Origin: an uncultured Acidobacteriota bacterium | Lineage (GTDB): Bacteria > Acidobacteriota > Vicinamibacteria > Vicinamibacterales > 2-12-FULL-66-21 | Reading direction: 5' to 3' | Length of the DNA stretch: 64,000 bases | NCBI GenBank assembly: GCA_963836665.1 | Contig: CAWIKL010000004.1 | Coordinates: forward strand, 392 to 64,391 | Part shown: positions 8,516 to 17,231 of the stretch, piece by piece | How positions within the stretch are numbered: the stretch's first letter is position 1 | Layout: every line of letters begins with the position of its first letter | The notes under the pieces: model-generated | The model's input: only the letters and a program-made list of their open reading frames with translations | Told to the model about the DNA's origin: nothing | The model's database searches: none | Position numbers and translations under genes: made by a program

Positions 8516-10807
8516 TCAGTCCCCTTTGGGTGAACTCGCTGGCTTGCCGCCACGTCCGACGATCGCACGTGCTTCACTCGCCTCCGGAAAGGCGGGATCA
8601 ATGGCCAGCGCCTTTTGCGCGGTCATCTTCGCCTCGTCGGCCTTCCCCGCGGCTGCGAAGGCCTGTGCCAGGTGCAGTTGCATCGTGGCATTCTTCGGGG
8701 ACTTGTTCACCGCGGCTTGAAATTCAGAGATCGCACCAGCGGCCAGTCCTTTCTTCAGGAGGACGAAGCCCAGCGTATCGATGAAGCCCGGATTGTCCGG
8801 CGCTACTCGTGTCGCGGTCTGGGCGAGGTTCAATGCGACGTCAAGGTTGCCACCTTCCTCAGCATAGATCCACGCGAGGTTATTCGCCGGCACGGCAGCC
8901 TGGGGATTGGTCGCCAGCACTTTTTCGTACCGCTGCTTGGCGACGTCCAGCTTCCCCTGGCTGTGCGCCAGGATCGCCGCCAGAATCAGCCCGTACTCTT
9001 GCATCCCCTCCCTTATCCGCAAGAGTCGCGAACTGCTGCTCGGCGGCCGCGAGGCGGCCTGAGTTGGCGTACAGGCGCCCGAGCGCGTCGTAGGCGTCGT
9101 TGTTATTGGGATTGATTGCCAGGAGCTTCTTCCAGGCCCCTTCAGCCCTGGCCTGGTCGCCCGCCGCCAGGTAGACCTGCCCGGCAACCAGCAATGCCCT
9201 CTGGTCGTTGGGATCCTTGGCCAGCCGACTATCCAGACGCTGGAATCCGCTCTTGAAGTCCTTCCGGCCCACGTCCACGGCAAGCCGGCCTTCAAACACT
9301 TCCCTCGAGTTTGCATCCAGCGCTTCGATACGGTCCAGCGCTTTCCCCGCTGTCGCCCAGTCCGATTGGAAGATGGCAAGGCGGGCGGCTTCGTATTGAA
9401 CCGGGCTCCAGTCAGGATACGATCGTGCCAGGTCGGCGATCTGTCGATTGGCGGCCGCCAAGTCTCCCGACGCCTTATCCGCTTGAGCGATGACCAGGCG
9501 AGCGCCAGGATTGCCGGGCGCGAGCGCGAGGACCTCGTTCGCAAGGTCTCGGGCGGCCGTCACCTTATTGTCGAGGAGCTGCAGTCGCGCGAGGTACAGG
9601 CGCGCTGGGACCGCCCGCGGATTGAGGACGACCACCTCGTTGAAGGCTTTGGCTGCGTCGCCGAAACGACCGAGCTCCAGCAGCACCTGTCCCTTCAAGA
9701 AATGGGCTTGAGCCAGTCGAGGATATTGCTTGATCAGGGCATCGATCGCCGACATGGCTTCGGTCAGCTTGTGGGCCTCGAATGACAGTTGTGCCGAAAG
9801 CAACTGAGCATCGGCATTCTCCGGATGCGACGCCAGCACCGCTTTCACCAGACTCGCGGCTCGGGGGCGGTCCGTCCGGTAGAAGATCGACGCAAGCCGC
9901 GTGTCGGCGAGCACATTACCTGGTGCTGTCGATTTCACCTGTTCCAGCACGCGAACGGCATCGGCGTCCCGACCGGACCAGACGTAGAAGTCTGCGAGGA
10001 GGATCCGGCTGTCCGGCTTTGGATCGTACCGGGCCGCGTCCACCAGGAACGGCTCGGCCTCTTTGGCACGATTGGCCACGGCGAGAAACGAGCCAATTGC
10101 CCGCAGGGCGGGAACATTCATGGGTTCAACTGCGACGGCCGCCCGCAGACTCTTCTCGGCCTCGTCGCGCCTGCCGGTGGCACTCAGGTAGTTTGCGAGC
10201 GCTACGTGGGCCGCGGCCGATTTTGGCGCCAACGCCACGGCGCTGCGAAAAACAGCCTCCGCCCGGTCGGACCGGCCTTGCAGGGCTTCGAACCACCCAA
10301 GGTTGTTGTAAATGCGAGGATCTGTGGCGTCGAGTTTTTGGGCGGCCTGCAGCTCCTCTATCGCGCGGTCAAATTGTTGAGGCCTGCGCTGGCGTTGCCG
10401 ACCAGAATGAGGGCTTCGACGTTCTTGGGATCGAGCGCCACCGCCTTGAGCGCCGTGGTCCTGGCGTCCTCGAACTGTCGCGCGGCCATCAGGTAGTTCG
10501 CGGCGCGGATCTGCGCCGCGATGTCCGTTGGCATGAGGTCAGCAGCGCGGATATACGCCTGATAGGCGCCTGAGCCATCCTCTCGCTTTTCGGCGATCTC
10601 GCCGAGCCTGGAGTAGGCGACGCCCATCCGCGGGTCGTACTGCAAGGCGGTCCGGAATTCGACCGCTGCCTCTGACAGCTTCCCGTCTTTGAAGTAGGTC
10701 TCACCCTTCTGGAAGTGGCTGTCGCGCTGCGCTTTCGGGTCGCGTGAACAACTCGCCGCCAGAGCGCCAACACACGCGACGAGACATAGAATCTGCAGCG
10801 TCTTCAT
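8516..10807 (-). CDS. PrsT-like TPR-repeat lipoprotein, paralog 3 (two frame breaks)
   Basis: It is split into three ORF pieces. From ATG 10807 it reads MKTLQILCLVACVGALAASCSRD.. and ends ..GNASAGLNNLTAR*. A 1-nt shift at ~10368-10380 continues FDRAIEELQAAQKLDATDPRIYNNLGWFEAL into ORF 8880..10238. That ORF derails after ..AEQQFATLADKGG. Dropping one G of the G4 run (C4 at 9005-9008) continues MQEYGLILAAILAHSQGKLDVAKQRYEKVLATNPQ..NNLAWIYAEEGGNLDVALNLAQTA..DTLGFVLLKK to the stop at 8516. Confidence 0.8.
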
Positions 10808-10831
10808 GGCTGACACAATGGTACTACGGGC

Positions 10832-10866
10832 AAAGAAAAAAGGGCGGGGACATCGAGTCCCCGCCC
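10832..10866 (-). terminator. rho-independent terminator after PEP-CTERM gene 2
   Basis: The minus strand reads GGGCGGGGAC-tcgat-GTCCCCGCCC followed by TTTTTTCTTT. It lies between the stop at 10914 and the TPR3 start at 10807. Confidence 0.8.
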
Positions 10867-10913
10867 TGCTGATCGTCTGAATGGAGGCGGCGATACATCG
10901 TCGCAACCAGCTC

Positions 10914-11648
10914 CTATCGAGTCGCCTGATTGAACCGGCGACGTCCAAAGCGCGCGAGGCCGAAGAGGCCGGTGCCGAGCAGCATCATCGAGCCGGGTTC
11001 CGGCACGGCGGTGACGTTGGCCTGACCGCCTGAGGTGTACGTGGCGGCGGTACTCGCGCCGAGAACGTTGAACGTCGTGAGCGTGACGAGCGTGAACGGA
11101 ACGCCGCCAGGCCCAAGTTTTGTTGCGTCCGGCGAAATGCAGTTAGCCGTGGGGGATCCAAGCGCGCAAGAAATCACGCCTGGGGTCGAACCCCCCGGGG
11201 GGGCACTGACGAAGGGCGCCAAGTTCCCTGGCACCAACCATGACTGATAGGTCACGGTCGAACCCGCGGGAGCCAACGACGCGGTGGCTGTCAGCGTTTC
11301 GTCTAAGATGTATTGCGGCCCGACGGGCAGGAGAAAGTTGCTGGCCGTTGCCCAGATCTGCAAGTTCCCGGCATTGGCCGTCGCCAACCGCTTGACGCTG
11401 ATCGCAGTCGTCGCCGAGTTGGAGCCCGCTGGGTCTTCGTTGGAGCTAACCGACCCGCTAATTGTGTAGTCCCCGACGGTGATTGACGGGTTGAAGACGG
11501 GTCCGGGTCCAGGCACTACTGCAGAGTTCTGACAGAGCAAACCACCCTGACAGATCACCACGGACAACTGGGTTACTGCCTCGGCCTGGGACTGAATGCC
11601 CAAGGCAAGTGCCCCCGCAATCAAACCAACTGTCAAAATTCGCTTCAT
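10914..11648 (-). CDS. PEP-CTERM sorting-domain secreted protein 2
   Basis: 244 aa with signal peptide MKRILTVGLIAGALALGIQSQAEA and C-terminus VPEPGSMMLLGTGLFGLARFGRRR. Confidence 0.9.
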   Translation of the reverse strand: MKRILTVGLIAGALALGIQSQAEAVTQLSVVICQGGLLCQNSAVVPGPGPVFNPSITVGDYTISGSVSSNEDPAGSNSATTAISVKRLATANAGNLQIWATASNFLLPVGPQYILDETLTATASLAPAGSTVTYQSWLVPGNLAPFVSAPPGGSTPGVISCALGSPTANCISPDATKLGPGGVPFTLVTLTTFNVLGASTAATYTSGGQANVTAVPEPGSMMLLGTGLFGLARFGRRRFNQATR

Positions 11649-11787
11649 AACCGATACCCTCCATCAAAGACGACCCCGAACGAATCGGACACGCTTCGTC
11701 AGAGCAAACGAGCCCAGAGGCGGGTCGCCCTTGTCCGATAGATAACCCAAGCCGGCGCTTTAACTACGACCAGCGCCATCCTATTGA

Positions 11788-11802
11788 GCAACGCCACTGC
11801 CA
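11788..11802 (-). promoter_or_regulatory. sigma-54 (-24/-12) promoter of PEP-CTERM gene 2
   Basis: The minus strand reads TGGCAGTGGCGTTGC with exact GG-N10-GC spacing. It lies 140 nt upstream of the ATG at 11648. Confidence 0.7.
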
Positions 11803-12126
11803 ACGCTCGTTTGGGGAGGCCGCGACAATTTTGTGATTTTTGCGTCGATGTAAGTATCTTAAACAAAAAGACTTATTCGTTTAGTCGTTAATCGTTTGCC
11901 CTTGGGTTACATCCCTGCAATCTCGAAAATACATCCCTGAAGGAGACTTTCTTCTGCCGCCTCCGCGAATCGGCGATTCTGCCGAGAGCGAGCACATCAA
12001 GGCTGCGGCTTATGGTCTGCAGAACAGTCAGCGTCTGACGAGGGGTGGGGTACGCAAGGCGCGGATCGCCGAGCTTGGTGCGCTCGCCCGGTCTGGCTCG
12101 CTTGGATCGGCGCCTCGCGCCCCAAT

Positions 12127-13977
12127 CTAGCCTTTCCCGTCGCCGCGCTTCTCTTCCAGCTTGCGCTTCAGTTCCTTCACTTCTGGACGCTCCGCTAACG
12201 CGGGGTCCAGCTTGACCGCAAAGCCGTACTCGCTCAGCGCCGCCGCCGTGGCACCTGCGGCCGCATAAATGAACGCGGCATGCATCCGGACCTCTGCGCT
12301 GTTCGGCGCGCTGTTCACGGCGGTCAGGATCACCTTGGCTGCCGACGCATTGTCTCCCTGCAGATGCTGGATCCACGCGAGCGTATCGAGCACTGCTCCC
12401 TGCCCTGGCGACAGCGCCGCCGCCTTGTCCGCGTAGGGTCGAGCCGCTGCCGGATCGTTCTTGTAAACGGCGAGGCCATAGGCAAGATTGTTGAGGGCGG
12501 TGGCGTTCCGCGGTTCAATGGCGATCGCCTTCTTGTATCGCTCGATCGCGGCCTCGTGGTTGCCCTCTGCGTCCTCGAGCATGCCCAGTTGGAACTGCAC
12601 CGCGGCGATCGTCGGATCAGCCGCGACGGCCTCCTCGTAGGCTTTCTTTGCGCCGGGGCCATCACCGCGATTGATGCGTGCCTCTGCCTTGACGACGCGC
12701 GCCAGGATATCCGGGCTGTCGATGTGCAGCCGCACCCTGGCTGCGGCCAGGCGCGCTTTCGAAAAATATCCGGGAAGCTCCGTTTTTTCGTCGAGAGGCG
12801 CTTCGATGTCGGCGCGGCCAAGCGTCTTCCGGGGAAACGGCCGGCACAACGGATCGCCGAGGATGACACTCTGCCAGCTCAAATGCGGCAGTGCGAGGTA
12901 GTACGATTCCGCCAGGTTGAATCCCGACGCATACGCCGGGAAGAGGACCTGCGGCCGTTCGGTGCTTTCAAGATACGGCTCGGCGACGTAGCCGGACGCG
13001 CCGGTGGCGCCGTCGTGAATCAGATCGCCGGTGAGTGACTGGGGCGAACCGCCGAACCATGTCTTCTGATCGTTCCAGTTGCTGAGCGGCTGCCAGTCGG
13101 CGGGCGGCTCCTTGAAAGTGCGCGCATCGCTGCTGACGAAAGTGCCCGTGATTGCGCCCGGCAGGAACGACATCCCGAAGTGCCGCACGCGGTTCATGGG
13201 GTCGTTCGAACCCCACGAGAAGTAGCCGAGCACGTTCTGGACATCACGCACGGCCTTCGGGGCGTCGTCGAGCAGCACTCTGTTGGCCAAACCCATTTTC
13301 GTCAGTCGTGCGCCGGCCGCGTCCAGCCAGTCGTCTCCCGTCCGGTTGAAGAGTGTGTCCTTCCCATCGAGCACGAACATGCCGGTGTTCACGGGCGTGG
13401 CGGCGCGGTCCACCAGCGCGATCGCGTCTTCCACCGTGAAACCATCGAGTCGGGTGACGAGGTAGATGTCCTGCTTCTCGTGGGTGAAAGGGGAGGGCAG
13501 CGCCCAGGTCGGCGGTCCCCAGAAAATATGGATTGTTGATCCGGCCGCCGACGGCGACGTTGTTGCCGACCATCTTTCGATAGAGCAGCGTCAACTCCGA
13601 ATCGACGCTGGCGACGGTGCCTGTCGGTCCCGAGGTGCCGGTCACCCGCAGCGGCACCTCCTTGGTCAGGACGATGTAGAGGATGCGATCCTGGAGGGTT
13701 CCCTTGGCGATGGCGGCGGCAATCGGCCCTCAATCGTTGCCGCATACACCACTCGCGATACTTCTTCGGTCGTGGCCGTCTTGATCCGGATGACGTTCGA
13801 AGGCGCGATGCCCCGTTTGCGGACGTAGTACTCGCCGATGCGCTGTGAGACGGGGCTCATATCGTTGATGACGACGGCGACGTTCTCGGGGCCCTGGGCC
13901 GCGGCGTTGCGTGCCGGGGCGCCGCAGGCGAGAAGGATGAGCGCCGTACGAACGATGCGGATCAGTGTCTTAGCCAT
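12127..13977 (-). CDS. TIGR03790-like secreted protein with C-terminal TPR region (two frame breaks)
   Basis: Piece 13666..14106, from ATG 13977, reads MAKTLIRIVRTALILLACGAPARNAAAQGPENVAVVINDMSPVSQRIGEYYVRKRGIAPSNVIRIKT... Piece 13244..13657 reads ..PLRVTGTSGPTGTVASVDSELTLLYRK..NNPYFLG... Piece 12127..13434 reads ..GATGASGYVAEPYLESTERPQVLFPAYASGFNLAESYY.. followed by TPRs ending in an NNLAY..LDTLAW block. The joins need 1-nt indels at ~13725-13731 and ~13480-13500. The family assignment is from memory of the TIGR03790 pattern. Confidence 0.65.
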
Positions 13978-13999
13978 GTGTGGCCGGCGCCGCTCGCGG

Positions 14000-15043
14000 C
14001 TATGCGCAGGCCCTCGTCGGGGGCACGGCATCGGCCCACACAGGAGGCGCGATCGCCGGCCGTTCCACCGACGCGGCCAACGCAAGGAGCGCGTATCCGA
14101 GCGCACGGCCGTCGTGACGAATCTTTCCGTCCGCCGGCGTCATCGCCAGCGGCGCCGTGACGATTTTCGTCCGGAAGGTCCAGGGCACGCCTGCATTATG
14201 CGTCACCGGCGTGGCGCCGTCGAGCGTGTACGGCCGCAGCGCCGGCGCGTCAAACGATCCGCGATTGTGCAGGACGTAATCGAACAGGTCCCCGCCGCAG
14301 TGGCTGCGTAGCGCCGTCAGGTGATCCGCGAGCGAATAGCCATCGGTCTCGCCCGGCTGGGTCATGAGATTGGCCACATAGACGCAAGGCGCGGGGGTGG
14401 CGCGGATCACGTCCTGGATGCGCCCGACGAGCAGCGTGGGGATGACGCTCGTGAAGAGGCTGCCGGGGCCGGCGACAATCAGGTCCGCCTGCTCGAGCGC
14501 CGCCAGCGCCTCGGGCAGCGCCGCGACGCTGCGCGTCAGCGACACGCGGTGGATCGGCGCGCGCCGGGCCGTAATCGCTGACTCGCCGTCAATTCGGGTT
14601 CCGTCGACGAAATGGCCCCGCAGGTGCGCGCTCTCCAGCGTGGCCGGTAGCACACGTCCGGTCGAACCGAGCATCCCGGCCAGTGTGTCGATCGCCGTAA
14701 GGAAGTTGCCATGCAGGCGCGTGAAGTGGGCGAGCAGTAAATTGCCGACCGGGTGCGCGACGTCGCTGTCCGCGGATCGCAGGCGGTTGTGCAGGATGGT
14801 CGCAAGCTCGGTGGACTGCGGCGACAGCGCGGACAGGCAATTACGAATATCGCCGGGCGGCAGCAGGCCGCAGTCGCGGCGTAACCACCCCGAGCTGCCG
14901 CCGTCATCCATGACCGTGACGATGGCGGTCACGTCGATGGGCCGTCCCGTAGCCGCTGCGGCGGCCCGCAGTCCGCGCAGGACGGCTGGCAATCCGGTTC
15001 CTCCGCCCAGAGCGGCGATGCGAAGAGGCCGTGCGCTGTTCAT
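14000..15043 (-). CDS. YvcK/CofD-like (UPF0052, gluconeogenesis-factor family) protein
   Basis: 347 aa. It carries RIAALGGGTGLPAVLRGL..VTVMDDGGSSGWLRRD..PPGDIRNCL, the characteristic motifs of the YvcK/2-phospho-L-lactate transferase fold. Confidence 0.8.
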   Translation of the reverse strand: MNSARPLRIAALGGGTGLPAVLRGLRAAAAATGRPIDVTAIVTVMDDGGSSGWLRRDCGLLPPGDIRNCLSALSPQSTELATILHNRLRSADSDVAHPVGNLLLAHFTRLHGNFLTAIDTLAGMLGSTGRVLPATLESAHLRGHFVDGTRIDGESAITARRAPIHRVSLTRSVAALPEALAALEQADLIVAGPGSLFTSVIPTLLVGRIQDVIRATPAPCVYVANLMTQPGETDGYSLADHLTALRSHCGGDLFDYVLHNRGSFDAPALRPYTLDGATPVTHNAGVPWTFRTKIVTAPLAMTPADGKIRHDGRALGYALLALAASVERPAIAPPVWADAVPPTRACA

Positions 15044-15267
15044 GCACGTTGGAAGCGCAAGGGAAGTGCCGCCACGTTTCCGCCGTTTGGCGGGGTCTGC
15101 GTTTCCGTCGCAGAAGAGGGCGCCCTGCAGGCCGCCTAATGTCCGCGTTCTGGATGGCTTTTCGAGACGAAGGTTCCAGGTCGGCGATCGGGCAGGCTGC
15201 GCCCCGGCTGACTTAAGTCTCGGCCGACGCAGAAAACGTAATCGCTTTTTACAGCGACCGTCGTCGG

Positions 15268-15495
15268 TCAGTCTCGAGAGAGGCGCGACAGCACGGACTC
15301 CTCAATCGGCAGCCGCAGCTTGACGTCGCCGACCGATGGGTGCGTGTGCTGAAACACCTGCGCGCCGGCGGTTTCTATCCGCAGCGTATAGGCAATAGGG
15401 AGTTTATCGAGGATGGCCGTGATGGTCTTCAGCACGGTGGGGGCGTAGACGTTCTCGTCCTCTGGGGTGACAGACGAGATGAAGCGAATCTCCAT
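15268..15495 (-). CDS. hypothetical 75-aa protein, sigma-54-dependent
   Basis: The internal ATG at 15495 gives MEIRFISSVTPEDENVYAPTVLKTITAILDKLPIAYTLRIETAGAQVFQHTHPSVGDVKLRLPIEESVLSRLSRD. Third-position GC is about 80%, as in real genes here. AGAGG lies 11 nt upstream, and a sigma-54 promoter lies 60 nt upstream. I recognise no family. Confidence 0.55.
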   Translation of the reverse strand: MEIRFISSVTPEDENVYAPTVLKTITAILDKLPIAYTLRIETAGAQVFQHTHPSVGDVKLRLPIEESVLSRLSRD

Positions 15496-15554
15496 GTAGT
15501 GTGGCCTCTGATGAACTAACGCCCTGACACGAATGCTTGAGCTTTTACCACAAA

Positions 15555-15569
15555 GCAATCTGCGTGCCC
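15555..15569 (-). promoter_or_regulatory. sigma-54 (-24/-12) promoter of the 75-aa ORF
   Basis: The minus strand reads GGGCACGCAGATTGC followed by T. This is the best match in the window to TGGCACG-N4-TTGCW. It is divergent from the sigma-54 activator gene. Confidence 0.7.
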
Positions 15570-15683
15570 CATGGCGGCTTCCCGTATAATGCATGGCAAT
15601 CGGAGGAGCTTGACTGTTAGCCCAGCGGGACGATATACCTCCAGTTTGTCTGTCCCCGTTTCTGCCCGCCGTCGCCCCACTGC

Positions 15684-16793
15684 ATGACGCGTCAAAAGCT
15701 TCCTGTCGATCTTCTCGGTCAGAGCGAGCAGCTTGAATCGATCCGCGCCGAAGTCGAGTACGCCTCCCGATGTGACGCCAAGGTGCTGATCACCGGCGAG
15801 AGCGGGGTGGGCAAGGAAGTCGTCGCGCACCTGATTCACTCCAACAGCCAGCGCCGCCAGGCGCCACTCATCACCGTCAACTGCGCGGCCCTCACGGAAA
15901 CGCTGCTCGAGACCGAGTTGTTTGGGCATGTACGCGGCAGCTTCACCGGCGCGATCCGCGACCGGTCTGGCGTCCTGGAACTGGCCCACCGCGGCACGGT
16001 GTTCATGGACGAGATCGGCGAGACGACGCCGAGAATGCAGGGGCTTTTGCTGCGCTTTCTCGAGACGGGGGAGATACAGCGGGTCGGCTCCGACCGGGCG
16101 GACAACCGAGTCGACGTTCGGGTCATCGCGGCGACCAACCGCAACCTGATCGAGAGCGTCCAGGAGAAGATCTTCCGGGAGGACCTGTACTATCGGCTCA
16201 ACGTGATCCACATTCGCGTCCCGGCGTTGCGCGAGCGGATCGTCGACGTGCAGCCGCTGTTTCAGAAGTTCCTGGGGGAGTTCGCCAGCACGTATGGCCG
16301 CACCGCGCCGACGGTGAGCACGCAGGTTCTCGACATCCTCCGGGCGCACAGCTGGCCCGGCAACGTGCGCGAACTGAAGAACCTCGCGGAACGGCTGGTC
16401 GTTCGTGCGCAAACGGACGTCATCCAGCCCGAAGACCTGCCGCTCGACGTGCTGCGCGGCACGTCGCGCCCGTCCGCGGCGGCGCAGGCGCCGGTCGTCA
16501 GTCGCGCCGACGCTTTGTTCGACCAGATGGTCGTCACTCGCGAATCGTTCTGGACCGCGGTCTACCCGATGTTCATGGCACGGGATATTACGCGTGACGA
16601 CCTGCGCGCCATCGTGCGCAAGGGCCTCGAGCGCACATCGGGCAGCTATCGCGTGTTGACGGATCTGTTCAACATGCCGGCCACCGACTACAAGCGATTC
16701 CTGAACTTCCTGCGGAAGCACCAGTGCCAGGAAGCGTTCCAGCCGTTTCGCGTCGCCGCCGGTCGTCCGGCGGACGCGAGCGCGGCCGACTGA
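15684..16793 (+). CDS. sigma-54-dependent transcriptional activator (bEBP) lacking an N-terminal receiver or sensor domain
   Basis: 369 aa. The AAA+ domain starts about 10 residues after the Met, with Walker A GESGVGKE, the GSFTGA (GAFTGA-type) loop, Walker B FMDEIG and WPGNVRELKN. The C-terminus ..SYRVLTDLFNMPATDYKRFLNFLRKHQC is not a canonical Fis-type HTH. Confidence 0.9.
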   Translation: MTRQKLPVDLLGQSEQLESIRAEVEYASRCDAKVLITGESGVGKEVVAHLIHSNSQRRQAPLITVNCAALTETLLETELFGHVRGSFTGAIRDRSGVLELAHRGTVFMDEIGETTPRMQGLLLRFLETGEIQRVGSDRADNRVDVRVIAATNRNLIESVQEKIFREDLYYRLNVIHIRVPALRERIVDVQPLFQKFLGEFASTYGRTAPTVSTQVLDILRAHSWPGNVRELKNLAERLVVRAQTDVIQPEDLPLDVLRGTSRPSAAAQAPVVSRADALFDQMVVTRESFWTAVYPMFMARDITRDDLRAIVRKGLERTSGSYRVLTDLFNMPATDYKRFLNFLRKHQCQEAFQPFRVAAGRPADASAAD

Positions 16794-16809
16794 TGCGCTG
16801 CAGGGACGC

Positions 16810-17190
16810 CTATTTCTGTGCGAGGGCGAGATAGCTGGTGAGCTGCTGGGCCGTGACCGGCTTGACCATGTAGAGCGCGCCGATGTTCTCCGCCTCGCCC
16901 CGGAGAACCGGGTCGTCGAACCCGGAAAACACGATAATCCGCATGTCGGGGTGCATGTTGCGGGCCTCGACGGCGAGATGCAGGCCGTTGAAGGCGCCAA
17001 GCCGAACGTCCGTGAGCAGCGCGTCGAACGACTCACTCCGCAGGGCCCGCCGGGCAGACTCGAACGTGCCGTGCGCCACGACCTCGAGGCCATGGAACTG
17101 GAGGCCGCGCTCCAGCGCTTCCAGCAGCAAGGTATCGTCGTCGACGATCAGAATCCGCTTGACGGCGCCATCTGTCATGCTGCGGAGCAT
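16810..17190 (-). CDS. single-domain response regulator (receiver only)
   Basis: 126 aa. It reads KRILIVDDDTLLLEALE.. with phospho-acceptor context DALLTDVRLGAFNG, ..IIVFSG.. and ..YMVKP. It is convergent with the activator gene. Confidence 0.85.
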   Translation of the reverse strand: MLRSMTDGAVKRILIVDDDTLLLEALERGLQFHGLEVVAHGTFESARRALRSESFDALLTDVRLGAFNGLHLAVEARNMHPDMRIIVFSGFDDPVLRGEAENIGALYMVKPVTAQQLTSYLALAQK

Positions 17191-17231
17191 CCTACAACGA
17201 AGACCGATCCGAAAGTACTATTCAGCTGGCC

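Noticed and set aside
11888-12376. 162-aa ORF spanning the 11649-12126 spacer and the 3' end of the TIGR03790-like gene.
   Set aside because: It has Arg/Gly-rich composition and overlaps a well-supported gene in another frame. The spacer part contains the TACATCCCTG repeats and looks regulatory.
15056-15070. GGCACTTCCCTTGC (minus strand), a sigma-54-like element upstream of the YvcK-like gene.
   Set aside because: The spacing is correct, but the -12 GC is only 13 nt from ATG 15043. That would put the transcription start on the start codon. A chance match of this complexity is expected about once in a window of this size.
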